Assembly: GCA_910586395.1 (NCBI GenBank)
Contig: CAJUFX010000003.1
Location: 164,893 to 196,892, forward strand
Direction: 5' to 3'
Source of the DNA: an uncultured Bacteroidales bacterium
Lineage (GTDB): Bacteria; Bacteroidota; Bacteroidia; Bacteroidales; P3
DNA: 32,000 bases
Shown here: positions 8,403-18,126 of the stretch, one piece after another
Position numbering within the stretch: position 1 is the stretch's first letter
Layout: the number at the start of each line of letters is the position of its first letter
Position numbers and translations under genes: made by a program
The notes under the pieces: generated by a model
The model's input: the letters and a program-made list of their open reading frames with translations, nothing else
The model's database searches: none
Told to the model about the DNA's origin: nothing

Positions 8403-9932
8403 ATGCAGGAACGTCTGCTGATTATTGATTTCGGCTCTCAATACACCCAGTTGATTGCGCGAAAGGTTCGGGAAAGCAATGTCTATTGCGAAATCCACCC
8501 GTTTCACAAACTGCCGCCGCTGACGCCCGACGTCAAGGGCGTCATTCTGTCCGGAAGTCCTTATTCCGTCAACAATCCGGAAGGACCTAAGCCGGATTTG
8601 AGCGTCTATCGCCAACACATCCCCGTGCTGGCGGTCTGCTACGGCGCGCAATATCTGGTTTATACGGATGGGGGCACCGTGGCTTCGGCCGCGCACCGCG
8701 AATACGGCCGCTCGCAACTGACTTATATGGACCGGAATTGTCCGCTTTTCGCCGATGTGCCCGACAACAGCCAGGTCTGGATGTCGCATGGCGACACGAT
8801 TACGAAAATGCCGGCCGGTTTCGATTTGATTTGCAGCACGCCGACCGTGGAAGCGGCCGGCTATAAAATCCAAGGGGAGGAGACCTACGCCCTGCAGTTC
8901 CATCCGGAAGTGTACCATTCGACCGACGGCCTCCGCATGCTCGGCAACTTTCTGCGGACGGTCTGCGGCTTCAGCGGCGACTTTACGCCGGAACATTTCG
9001 TGGAAAGCATCGTCCCGGCCCTGCGCGAACAGATCGGCGACGGCAAAGTCATCCTGGGCCTGTCGGGCGGCGTGGATTCGACGGTGGCGGCCGTGTTGCT
9101 CCACAAGGCCATCGGCGACCGGCTCTACGGCATCTTCATCGACAACGGCCTCCTGCGCAAGAACGAATATCAGGACGTATTGGCCTCGTTCGCCGGCATG
9201 GGGCTGCAAGTCAAGGGGGTGGACGCTTCCCAGACGTTCTACGCCGCGCTTAAGGGCGTGACCGACCCCGAAGCCAAACGGAAAGCCATCGGCAAGACGT
9301 TTATCGAAGTGTTCGAGCGCGAGGCCAAAGCCATAGAAGGCGCGACGTTTCTGGCACAGGGCACGATTTACCCCGATGTCATCGAGTCGGTTTCGGTCAA
9401 AGGCCCTTCGATGACGATCAAGTCACACCACAACGTGGGCGGTTTGCCTGAAAAAATGAACCTCAAGATTGTGGAACCCCTGCGCACGCTGTTCAAGGAC
9501 GAAGTGCGCCGCGTGGGCAAGAGCCTGAACATCGATCCGGCCTTGCTGGGACGGCATCCGTTTCCGGGCCCCGGCTTGGCCATCCGCATCCTGGGCGAAA
9601 TAACGGCCGAAAAGGTCGCGCTCTTGCAAGAAGCGGACGCGATTTTCATCAACGCGTTGCGGCGGCACAATCTGTACGACAAGGTATGGCAGGCCGGAAC
9701 GGTACTGCTGCCCATTTATTCGGTCGGTGTCATGGGCGATGAACGGACCTACGAACAGGTCGTGGCCTTGCGCGCCGTACAATCGATCGACGGCATGACG
9801 GCCGACTGGAGTCCGTTGCCTCACGACGTGCTGGCCGAAATCTCCAACGAAATCATCAACAAAGTGCGGGGCATCAACCGCGTCGTGTACGACATCAGTT
9901 CCAAACCGCCCTCCACGATTGAATGGGAATAA
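8403..9932 (+). CDS. guaA: GMP synthase (glutamine-hydrolysing)
   Basis: [69 protein letters not shown]-terminus PSTIEWE. Start [20 protein letters not shown] at 8403. Confidence 0.97.
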   Translation: MQERLLIIDFGSQYTQLIARKVRESNVYCEIHPFHKLPPLTPDVKGVILSGSPYSVNNPEGPKPDLSVYRQHIPVLAVCYGAQYLVYTDGGTVASAAHREYGRSQLTYMDRNCPLFADVPDNSQVWMSHGDTITKMPAGFDLICSTPTVEAAGYKIQGEETYALQFHPEVYHSTDGLRMLGNFLRTVCGFSGDFTPEHFVESIVPALREQIGDGKVILGLSGGVDSTVAAVLLHKAIGDRLYGIFIDNGLLRKNEYQDVLASFAGMGLQVKGVDASQTFYAALKGVTDPEAKRKAIGKTFIEVFEREAKAIEGATFLAQGTIYPDVIESVSVKGPSMTIKSHHNVGGLPEKMNLKIVEPLRTLFKDEVRRVGKSLNIDPALLGRHPFPGPGLAIRILGEITAEKVALLQEADAIFINALRRHNLYDKVWQAGTVLLPIYSVGVMGDERTYEQVVALRAVQSIDGMTADWSPLPHDVLAEISNEIINKVRGINRVVYDISSKPPSTIEWE

Positions 9933-9939
9933 GAATAGT

Positions 9940-11664
9940 ATGAAAACGCTGTTTGGAAAATACATCGGCGGAGTTTTTTGCCTGCTGGTTGCATCAAGTC
10001 TGTTTCCGTTGCGGGCTCAGACACCGGCCTCTACTTTCGTGCCGGCTCCCGTCACGGTTTCTTCGTTAATAGACACGGTGGACGGCGACCTGTACCGCGT
10101 GCATGTCGTACAAAGCGGCCATACGCTTTATTCGATCGCGCGTGCCTACAACGTCAAACTGGGGGAAATTGTCAAAAATTCCCAAGGCGACACGGTCCGC
10201 ATAGGGGAGACACTCTACATTCCTTATAAGAAACGTGTCAAGGCGGAGGCACCGGCCGCCGATACCTTTTATGTAGGCGAACGGCCGGCCGTTTTCCTGC
10301 CGGACAGCCTGACACCGGCCACCGACACGCTTTTGACGGTGGATTCCACGGAGTCGGCCGAAACGGGTTTACCCGTCTGCCTTTGGGGAAACGACACGAT
10401 TGTTTTGGCGGAAACGTCAACCGGCTCATTGTGGGACAGCCTGTTCGAGAACCTCAAGCACAAAGAAAGCCTTTCGGTGGCCATATTGTTGCCGCTTTAT
10501 CTGAACGATACGCTTGACCCGCCCTTGCGTTCGTATGCCTATCTGCCGTTTTTGGAAGGCTGGCTGACGGCTCATGGCGAACGGTTGTCGGTACCGAACG
10601 ACAGTACGGCGCCGATCGTCCGTTACCGGATATGGGATGTGACTGACAAGGCCGAATCGGTGGACAAAGCCTTGAACGATCCGGCTTTGGCGCAGGCTGA
10701 TTTTCTGGTGGCCGCCGTCTATACGAAAGTATTCGATACGATACGCCGCTTCGCACAGGCGCACCGTCAGCCGTTGATTCATCCGTTGACGGAACAGGAT
10801 TCGGCGGCGGCCGGTAATCCGTTCTACATTCAATGCATGCCGGCTTACGAGACGCAGACCGAAGCCATGCACGTTTTCCTGAAGCGGGAGTTTGCACCGG
10901 AACGTTACCGCTATGTATTGTTCGACGACTCGACGGCTTTCTTTCGCAAACGGGCTCAACAATTGTACAACCGCCTGACGGCCGATACGACAGAAAACAC
11001 CGACGTATTGCATTACAGCCTGTCGCCGGCCCGCATGGGGCAATTCGAACCGGTATTCGACAGTCTGTTTGCGCCGCGGGCAGCCAAACCGACCGTATTT
11101 GTCGGCTGTACCGATAAGGAAATCGCGTTGCTGAACGTTTTGATCGCATTACGTCAATCCGGAGGTCCGGCCGAAAAAATATTCATCGGCCCTTCGCGTT
11201 GGATGTCGTTCACGAAAATCGAACCTGAATATTTCAAAAACCTGCGTTTAATCTGCTACCAACCGTTTTATTGGGATAAGGACAGCGAAGCTTCGTTGCG
11301 TTTTGAAAAACATTATTACGAACATTTCGGCGTTCTGCCTTCGGATTTGGCCTATAAAGGTTACACGTGCCATAGATGGTTTTGCGACATGGTGCGCGCC
11401 AGCAACGTGACGGCCGACCCGTTCGGCCGCAACCGTTGGCGTATCAGGGAGACGGGCGGTTGGGAAAATACGCGTCTGTTCTGGCTGGAATTGAAAGACC
11501 ACGCCTTTGTCCTTTGGCCGGAACCTTTGCCGGAACCGGAAGACCATATCATGGCACCAGAGGCGGAGCCGATACCCGGACTTGAACCGGAATCCACCGC
11601 CGGAAAATCGGACAGCGACCGCGAACGGGACAAATCCGGTTCGAAACGGGAACGCTCTATTTGA
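9940..11664 (+). CDS. LysM-domain protein with a periplasmic-binding-protein-like domain
   Basis: Signal peptide, one LysM unit (YRVHVVQSGHTLYSIARAYNVKLGEIVKNSQGDTVRIGETLYIPY), then a receptor-ligand-binding type I PBP-like region. Start chosen at the 9940 ATG. Confidence 0.75.
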   Translation: MKTLFGKYIGGVFCLLVASSLFPLRAQTPASTFVPAPVTVSSLIDTVDGDLYRVHVVQSGHTLYSIARAYNVKLGEIVKNSQGDTVRIGETLYIPYKKRVKAEAPAADTFYVGERPAVFLPDSLTPATDTLLTVDSTESAETGLPVCLWGNDTIVLAETSTGSLWDSLFENLKHKESLSVAILLPLYLNDTLDPPLRSYAYLPFLEGWLTAHGERLSVPNDSTAPIVRYRIWDVTDKAESVDKALNDPALAQADFLVAAVYTKVFDTIRRFAQAHRQPLIHPLTEQDSAAAGNPFYIQCMPAYETQTEAMHVFLKREFAPERYRYVLFDDSTAFFRKRAQQLYNRLTADTTENTDVLHYSLSPARMGQFEPVFDSLFAPRAAKPTVFVGCTDKEIALLNVLIALRQSGGPAEKIFIGPSRWMSFTKIEPEYFKNLRLICYQPFYWDKDSEASLRFEKHYYEHFGVLPSDLAYKGYTCHRWFCDMVRASNVTADPFGRNRWRIRETGGWENTRLFWLELKDHAFVLWPEPLPEPEDHIMAPEAEPIPGLEPESTAGKSDSDRERDKSGSKRERSI

Positions 11665-11694
11665 TATTTTGAAAACAAACAAAACACATTTATT

Positions 11695-13491
11695 ATGAAA
11701 CGTTTAAGCAATATATGCCTCGGCCTGTTTCTATTGGCGGGCGCAACGGCTTTGGCGCAGGAAGCCCCGACGATGGTTTCCACCGAGCCGCAGAACCGCA
11801 AGATTCTCATAGAAGAGTTTACGGGCATCGGTTGCGGCAACTGCCCGCGGGCGCATAAAACGTCCAACCGCATCGTGGACGACCATCCGGGTTCGGCCTT
11901 TGTCATCAATATCCACCAAGGGGGATATGCCACGGATAAAAATCCCGACCTGACGACCGCCTGGGGGGATGCGCTTTTCAATCAGAGCGGAGCGGCCGCT
12001 TACCCGAACGGCACCATCAACCGTCATGTTTTCGAGGGTGACGTGTTGGCGATTTTCGACACCAAATGGGCGGCCACGGCACCGGAAGTCCTGAAAATGC
12101 CGTCTTACGTCAATGTGGCGGCCAAGGCCACGATGGACTGGAATCAACGTAAAATCATGGTGGAAGTCGAAGTTTATTATACGGCGGATCCGGGCGACGC
12201 GACGTCCAACTTCATCAACGTCGCGCTGTTGCAGGACAATATCCGCGGCGACCAATCCAATATGGCCATGAATCCGGATCAGGTTATAGGCGGGCAGTAC
12301 AATCACATGCACGCGTTGCGCGACCTGTTGACGGGGCAATGGGGCGAAGAAATCACCGGCTTGGCCAAAGGCACGCTTGTCAAAAAGACCTTTGCCAAAG
12401 AATTGCCCGAAGCCATCAAGGGGGTTGATCTGAAACTGGAAGACTTATCCGTTATCGCTTTCGTGACGGAATCGCATACGGAAGTCATGAATGTCTGCAA
12501 GGCCGAAATGACCCATGTCGGCGCGCCTTCCCATATCGTGCGGTTGCTGGACGCCGAATCGCAGCCCTATAACGCTTGTACGGCCGAAGGCAAAGCCTTG
12601 CTACGTATCAGCAATGTCTTGAGCGATAAAGATATTATGGATTTCACGATAGAGGCGACTTCCGCCGCCGGCACACAGGTCTTCAACTTCGAACCGGCCG
12701 ACTTTGCGGTCGGCACGACCGAAACCGTTGAAGTAGGACCGTTCCCGATAATCTGGAATCGCCATGACGACGTAACGTTCCGTCTGACCAAAGTCAACGG
12801 CGAAGCCTATACGTGGACCGACCGGAATTCGACGGCCGCTCCCGTCATCAAATGGGGCGGCGACGTATTGAATACCTTGGTTCCGGCGACATTGGACCTT
12901 GTACAGGATCAATTCGGTTCCGACATCACGTGGACACTGACGCGTGGCGAGGACGTGTTGCAGAAAGGCGGACCGTACCGTGACTTGCAAAACGTCGGCA
13001 TACGTACGAATACGGTTCCGCTGACGGAAGCGACGGCGGACGGCTGTTATGTCCTGACGGTATTCGATAAAAACGGAGACGGCATCCACACGGATAAAGG
13101 CGAAGGTTATATCGAAATTAAAAACGCTTCCGGTGCCGTTATCTCACACATGGACGGCAAATACGACTCGAGCGTTCAAATCTACATTCATGTAACCGAC
13201 CATGTGGCCAACGAAAAGACACCGGTTGCCACGTTTGACCTGGCGATCAATCCCAATCCGGTTGCCTCGGCCGATGCCGCGTTATGTTTCTCCACCGAAA
13301 AGGCGGAAGAGTTGACGGTGGCGATATACAACTTGAGCGGTCTGCGCGTAGGTAACCCGTTGCGTTACAGAGCCCAGGCGGGCCGACAACAGATCAGTCT
13401 GCCGACGGCGCAACTCCGGACAGGTCTCTATATGGTGGTCGTAAGCGGAGAGGATGGCCGCCGCGCGGCTTGCAAACTCGTGGTCCGTTAG
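11695..13491 (+). CDS. Omp28-related outer-membrane/secreted protein with a C-terminal T9SS sorting domain
   Basis: ILIEEFTGIGCGNCPRAHK (Omp28/thioredoxin-like). The C-terminus NPNPVASAD...LTVAIYNLSGLRV...GRQQISLPTAQLRTGLYMVVVSGEDGRRAACKLVVR is a type A sorting-domain pattern. Confidence 0.82.
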   Translation: MKRLSNICLGLFLLAGATALAQEAPTMVSTEPQNRKILIEEFTGIGCGNCPRAHKTSNRIVDDHPGSAFVINIHQGGYATDKNPDLTTAWGDALFNQSGAAAYPNGTINRHVFEGDVLAIFDTKWAATAPEVLKMPSYVNVAAKATMDWNQRKIMVEVEVYYTADPGDATSNFINVALLQDNIRGDQSNMAMNPDQVIGGQYNHMHALRDLLTGQWGEEITGLAKGTLVKKTFAKELPEAIKGVDLKLEDLSVIAFVTESHTEVMNVCKAEMTHVGAPSHIVRLLDAESQPYNACTAEGKALLRISNVLSDKDIMDFTIEATSAAGTQVFNFEPADFAVGTTETVEVGPFPIIWNRHDDVTFRLTKVNGEAYTWTDRNSTAAPVIKWGGDVLNTLVPATLDLVQDQFGSDITWTLTRGEDVLQKGGPYRDLQNVGIRTNTVPLTEATADGCYVLTVFDKNGDGIHTDKGEGYIEIKNASGAVISHMDGKYDSSVQIYIHVTDHVANEKTPVATFDLAINPNPVASADAALCFSTEKAEELTVAIYNLSGLRVGNPLRYRAQAGRQQISLPTAQLRTGLYMVVVSGEDGRRAACKLVVR

Positions 13492-13512
13492 GATAAGGGG
13501 CCCCGAAAAGAA

Positions 13513-13544
13513 AAAGGCTTGGTTATTAAACCAAGCCTTTTTTG
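13513..13544. terminator. Rho-independent terminator, effectively bidirectional
   Basis: AAAGGCTTGG-TTATTAAA-CCAAGCCTTT: perfect 10-bp stem followed by a T-run, preceded by an A-run. Confidence 0.9.
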
Positions 13545-13550
13545 TTTTGG

Positions 13551-13624
13551 TAGCGGGAACGAGAGTTGAACTCGTGACCTCCGGGTTATGAATCCGACGC
13601 TCTAACCAACTGAGCTATCCCGCC
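13551..13624 (-). tRNA. tRNA-Met (anticodon CAU)
   Basis: Reverse complement GGCGGGATAGCTCAGTTGGTTAGAGCGTCGGATTCATAACCCGGAGGTCACGAGTTCAACTCTCGTTCCCGCTA. Loop TTCATAA and full cloverleaf. Lysidine-modified tRNA-Ile(CAU) is not excluded from sequence alone. Confidence 0.9.
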
Positions 13625-13669
13625 GAAAGATGGGGGGAACGTAACCGCACCCGACCTTCAAACAAGGTG

Positions 13670-13700
13670 CAAAAATAGTGCTAAATTTTTAAAAAAGCAA
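13670..13700 (-). promoter_or_regulatory. Promoter for tRNA-Met
   Basis: The reverse complement is TTG-N20-TATTTTTG, located 45 nt upstream of the tRNA and overlapping the 3' end of the M23 gene. Confidence 0.65.
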
Positions 13701-14768
13701 GTCGCCCGCCAAGATCAGCTGTACAAACGCGACATTGCCGTTGAAATCGGTGGCCGTTACAACCAAACGGTAATGCCGCCGCGGTTCGGCTACAAGACAG
13801 CCCCCGTCTTTGTAGCGCGTGTAGGGCGTATAGGCCAAGGTTTCGTCCACCCGGCTCAACTCGATGCGGCCGCCTTGCATGCGATAATAAACCGTGTCGA
13901 TATGCGTCGCGATGCTACCGCTGTGGCAGAGCGGCAGGCTGTCCCAACGGTAATGGGCGAGGGTGTCGCCGTCCACCTGAAAGGTCAGCGCGTAGAGCCC
14001 ATAGTGGAATTTCAGTTTCTCGATGCTGTCCAAGGCCTCCAGGCCGAAGCTGATGCGGCCGGCCACGCGGCAGGTGTCCGGCAACTCCGCCATAGACAGA
14101 TAGAGCGGTTCGGAACGGCCGTTTATCCGACTGGCGGTATCCACCGGATAAACGGCCAAGGTCTTGAGGTTGGGTGCCGTCCGATCGGCGACTGTCCATC
14201 CTTTGAGACAGGGATTGATTAAAAACGCCGAATCCTCGTCGGTTCCGTTGCGCCATTCAAAATGCAGGTGCGGACCGCCCGAGGCACCGGTATTGCCGCT
14301 CCGCGCGACGACTTGGCCTTGCTGAACCGGCATGACCCAATCGGTCAAGACGATATCGGCTTCATCCCGCCGCTTGGGCATTTTCAGTTTCCGTATGCGC
14401 AACATCCGTTCTATATCCGGATGAAAACGCGAAAGATGGGCATAGACGCTGACTTCTCCGCCGTCATGCCGCACATACAGCACTTTGCCGTAACCTTTGG
14501 CCGAAAGCCCTATCTTGTAAATTTCCCCGTCCGCCACGCTGCGTACGCGCAAGCCGCACCGCTGCTGCGTTCTGAAGTCAAGACCGCCGTGATAATGCGT
14601 GCGGCGCAATTCAGCGAAACTGCCGGATATCTGCGGCCTGACAAACAGCGGATAGGGCAGGCGGCCGTCCAAGCCCGTAACCGTCTGCCGTCCCCTGGCT
14701 TCTGCGGCGAACGACCACAAAACCAGCAATAAGACGGCCGTCTTTTTATAAAACCTCCGATTGAACAT
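13689..14768 (-). CDS. M23-family metallopeptidase (LytM-type)
   Basis: HYHGGLDFRTQ, SVADGEIYKI, GYGKVLYVRHDGGEVSVYAHLSRF, SGNTGASGGPHLHFEWR. Start MFNRRFYKKTAVLLLVLWSFAAEA at 14768 gives a signal peptide; the upstream extension to 15140 is implausible. Confidence 0.88.
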   Translation of the reverse strand: MFNRRFYKKTAVLLLVLWSFAAEARGRQTVTGLDGRLPYPLFVRPQISGSFAELRRTHYHGGLDFRTQQRCGLRVRSVADGEIYKIGLSAKGYGKVLYVRHDGGEVSVYAHLSRFHPDIERMLRIRKLKMPKRRDEADIVLTDWVMPVQQGQVVARSGNTGASGGPHLHFEWRNGTDEDSAFLINPCLKGWTVADRTAPNLKTLAVYPVDTASRINGRSEPLYLSMAELPDTCRVAGRISFGLEALDSIEKLKFHYGLYALTFQVDGDTLAHYRWDSLPLCHSGSIATHIDTVYYRMQGGRIELSRVDETLAYTPYTRYKDGGCLVAEPRRHYRLVVTATDFNGNVAFVQLILAGDLLF

Positions 14769-14784
14769 AGTCATCAAACCGGCA

Positions 14785-16977
14785 TTACTGCCCACTGCGG
14801 TTTTTCTTGCCTTTCTTACGAAGTTGATCCAACAGGGGAGAATTGTAATTGAATGTTTTGAGATAACCCGATATAAAATCGGCCTCCTCTTCACGCCCGT
14901 CTTCCAGACAAACCATAAGATAGCAGGCCAAAAGCGGGAAATCCTGTTCAAACGCCAGACGTGAAAACAGACTCTCGGCATTGGAAACATACCGTCCCAT
15001 GTCTTGCCGTTCGAAATAGTCGTCCGCCGACAGCCGGTAACGGATAAAGCCCAAACTGTCGGCCACGGCCAAACGCATCCCGGCGGTATCCATGATTTGA
15101 CGATACCTACGCAAATGTGTCCATTGAAGCCGCAACCCACTCAAGCCGGCCGTATCCGACAGACAGGGATGTTCGGTGTCCCGGTCGGTTCGGAACAACG
15201 TTTCCGACTCCGCAATCAACAGACCGGCCGCTTTCTCGTCGCCGAGTCCCAACTGACGGCGGATTTCCTTGTACTTTGTATCCCATGCCTGCTGTTGTTG
15301 CCGACACAGCAACCGCGTACGCTGTTCTTCGAACACATCGAGCAGACTGTAGAATGGCATCCGGCCTTCCGGTTCCGTTTTTTCGACTATGGCCGAAGCC
15401 CTGCGATACAAACTGTCGCTTTGCGTCAAATCGTTTTGCCACAGCCGGTACTGCGCCTTGTTCAACAATTGTTCGACACAAAGCAAATCGTTGGCCGCCA
15501 TTTCCGCCTTAAAGTCGGCCGGCGTCCGCACGGGATAGTATCGGCGGATGGAATCGCCCATCGCGTAAGCCTCCTGTGCCGGGATGAATTGCCGTTTGGC
15601 GCGGTAAAGCCGGGCCTGCTCCACATAATAATCCCATTGCTTCTGCGCGTAAGCCAACGTCCATTTCTGCTGTTTGATGGAAAGCGGTTCATTGACGGAT
15701 GGCGCGGGCGCAGCCGATGGGGAAGGCGGCTGTTGCCTGTCGGCCGCTTCTTCGGCTACGACCGGTTGCTTGCCGGCGGTCTGCATCCCCTCCGCTTGCC
15801 GGCGTACCTCCGCCGGCTTGTCTGTCGTTCGCATCGCGCTTTCCGCCAGCAATTCGGCTTCAGCCTTGACCGATGCCGCTTCCGCCAAACGCAGTTCGGC
15901 ATCCATGTCGTAAATCACCTCAGGCGTTAACGGCGGCAATATAAGGCCGGTGCGCGCCGTAATCGTATCGACCATGGCGGCATAATAGGCCTTTTCGTCC
16001 GCATCGGCATAACGCATGAACTGACGGTAATCGGTCAGGATCTTTTCCAACAGCAGAACGCTACGGTCCACGCCATTCATATAATGCTCATAGCGCAGAT
16101 AGTAGTCATGCGCCGCCAAAGCCTGCCGTTGCGCCTGCTGGTAAAGCCCGCGTTCAAACGCCTTCTCGGCCACGGCATCGTAGGAATCAAAAATACCCTG
16201 ATAAGCCGTATAGAGCAGGTTGCGTTCGCGGTGCGGCAGATAAAACAACGGAAATTCCGGCAACAGATACCGTTTCATTTCCTCATACAGCGTAATCGCA
16301 TCCTGGTGAAGTCCTTCCGCCGTCAACTGTTCGATGCGTTCCAGCAATTTGACATACAATACATCGCCCAACGCCCGCACCTTGGGTTGCCACCCCAAGG
16401 GCGGCAATGTAGCGCTCGCATAGCCTAAGCAGGCTGTCCATACGCCCGTCCGCTCGGCTTCGCGCTGCAACTGTGTCCAACGGAACAATACGGCCCGTAC
16501 GAAAAAACGGTTGTGGGTCAACGCCAAATCGATGAACTTGTCCGCTTGCGCCCAATCGGGCGTTTTGGCGTTCAAGGCCTGTAAAGCCTGAATATAGTAA
16601 AGGCTGTCGATATACGACCGCCGGTAATCGACCCCCTGCCGTTTCTCGGCCAGCAGACGCCCTAAATCTGTAGGTATATCCCGATGGGCCTGCAGGCGGT
16701 AATAGCGGTAGCATTCGCTTTCGAGTTCGGAAAGCCGGCAATCGGTTTGCGACAACAAAGGCAAAGTCTGCAAATCGAGTTGACGGAGGCTTTCCATATA
16801 ATAAGTATAACGGCTTTCGGGCGAAAGCGTGTCGGCGGGCTGATCCGCCGGTGCCCGCATGGATGCCTGAACCGCCGTCTGTGACGGCATGGGTATCTGA
16901 GTCTGTGCCTGAGCCGACACGCTCAGACCGCAACAGCAGAGGCTGAAACACGTCCCTAAATATCGGTTCAGGCGCAT
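14785..16977 (-). CDS. Exported repeat-rich (TPR-like) protein of unknown function
   Basis: 730 aa, signal peptide MRLNRYLGTCFSLCCCGLSVSAQAQ, many Y/A/L-spaced helices, and a central Pro/Ala/Glu-rich linker. Confidence 0.6.
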   Translation of the reverse strand: MRLNRYLGTCFSLCCCGLSVSAQAQTQIPMPSQTAVQASMRAPADQPADTLSPESRYTYYMESLRQLDLQTLPLLSQTDCRLSELESECYRYYRLQAHRDIPTDLGRLLAEKRQGVDYRRSYIDSLYYIQALQALNAKTPDWAQADKFIDLALTHNRFFVRAVLFRWTQLQREAERTGVWTACLGYASATLPPLGWQPKVRALGDVLYVKLLERIEQLTAEGLHQDAITLYEEMKRYLLPEFPLFYLPHRERNLLYTAYQGIFDSYDAVAEKAFERGLYQQAQRQALAAHDYYLRYEHYMNGVDRSVLLLEKILTDYRQFMRYADADEKAYYAAMVDTITARTGLILPPLTPEVIYDMDAELRLAEAASVKAEAELLAESAMRTTDKPAEVRRQAEGMQTAGKQPVVAEEAADRQQPPSPSAAPAPSVNEPLSIKQQKWTLAYAQKQWDYYVEQARLYRAKRQFIPAQEAYAMGDSIRRYYPVRTPADFKAEMAANDLLCVEQLLNKAQYRLWQNDLTQSDSLYRRASAIVEKTEPEGRMPFYSLLDVFEEQRTRLLCRQQQQAWDTKYKEIRRQLGLGDEKAAGLLIAESETLFRTDRDTEHPCLSDTAGLSGLRLQWTHLRRYRQIMDTAGMRLAVADSLGFIRYRLSADDYFERQDMGRYVSNAESLFSRLAFEQDFPLLACYLMVCLEDGREEEADFISGYLKTFNYNSPLLDQLRKKGKKNRSGQ

Positions 16978-17972
16978 GGCTTCGGTTTTGAAGGTTGGTC
17001 CGCCGGCGCGCCTTTCGCTTCGGGTTTGGCGGCCTGTTCATAAGCATGCAGAATGCGCGTGACGATGGGGTGGCGCACGACATCTTCGGCTTTAAGCCGT
17101 ACGAAGCCGATTTCCGGCACGTCGGCCAGTATTTTCAGCGCATGCAGGAGACCTGACGGCTGTTTTTCGGGCAGGTCGATTTGGGAGGTATCGCCCGTGA
17201 TGACGAATTTGGCCGCCCGTCCCATACGGGTCAGAAACATTTTCATCTGCATGCGCGTGGCATTCTGCGCCTCGTCCAAAATGACAAAGGCTTTGTCCAA
17301 CGTGCGGCCGCGCATAAACGCCAGGGGCGCGATTTCGATGATGCCTTCCTCCATATAGCCCAACAGTTTCTGATAGGGCAACATATCTTTGAGCGCGTCG
17401 AACAGCGGTTGCATGTAAGGGTCGAGTTTCTCCCGCATGTCGCCGGGCAGAAACCCCAGGTTCTCGCCGGCTTCCACGGCCGGCCGGGTCAGGATGATGC
17501 GCTTTACCTCTTTGTTCTTGAGTGCATTGACCGCCAAGGCGACGGCCGTATAGGTCTTGCCGCTCCCGGCCGGCCCCACGGCAAACACCATGTCTTTGGC
17601 GCGGCAGGCGTCGGCCAAGGCCTGCTGCCCCGCGGTCAGCGCGCGGATTTGCCGTCCGCCGCTTCCGGCGACCAAAACAGCCGCGGCAGGCACCGCCGAT
17701 GGCTCGGCCGGTTCCTCCGTTTCCTGTTCGAAAATGCGTTCCACGTCTTTTTCCGTCAACCGGTTCATACGGTCGTAATGCCACAGCACGAACTTCATTT
17801 TCTGCTCCAAATCGGCCAAATGAGCCGGATCGCCCACGGCTTTGAGCAGATGTCCCCTGAGGATAATGCGCAGTTGTGGAAAATATTTGCGGATAGCGGC
17901 CAGTTTCTCTTCGTTCAAACCGAAGAGTTCCTTGGGATCCGCCTGTTGAATTTCGATATAAGTTTCACTCAT
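16968..17972 (-). CDS. PhoH-like ATPase
   Basis: VFAVGPAGSGKTYTAVALAVNALKNKEVKRIILTRPAVEAGENLGFLPGDMREKLDPYMQPLFDAL, FVILDEAQNATRMQMKMFLTRMG, SGLLHALKIL...GFVRLKAEDVVRHPIVTRILHAYE. Confidence 0.96.
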   Translation of the reverse strand: MSETYIEIQQADPKELFGLNEEKLAAIRKYFPQLRIILRGHLLKAVGDPAHLADLEQKMKFVLWHYDRMNRLTEKDVERIFEQETEEPAEPSAVPAAAVLVAGSGGRQIRALTAGQQALADACRAKDMVFAVGPAGSGKTYTAVALAVNALKNKEVKRIILTRPAVEAGENLGFLPGDMREKLDPYMQPLFDALKDMLPYQKLLGYMEEGIIEIAPLAFMRGRTLDKAFVILDEAQNATRMQMKMFLTRMGRAAKFVITGDTSQIDLPEKQPSGLLHALKILADVPEIGFVRLKAEDVVRHPIVTRILHAYEQAAKPEAKGAPADQPSKPKPCA

Positions 17973-18072
17973 ATATTAAGGTAGCCGGAGGTAGCGCGCC
18001 ATGCGGCCGGGGCGACCCCGACCGCCGGTCAGCGGGTGACGCATCCTATCTTGACGCAAAATTAGCACAAAT

Positions 18073-18104
18073 TTTGATAAATGCCCGCCAAATGATTATT
18101 TTTG
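18073..18104 (+). promoter_or_regulatory. Promoter for the SAM hydroxide adenosyltransferase operon
   Basis: TTTG-N20-TATTTTTG, with the ATG at 18127. Confidence 0.7.
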
Positions 18105-18126
18105 CTTAAAATAAGCGGGATATCAG

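Noticed and set aside
14769-15140. N-terminal extension of the M23 peptidase ORF
   Set aside because: It overlaps the upstream 730-aa gene out of frame. A good signal peptide starts at the 14768 ATG.
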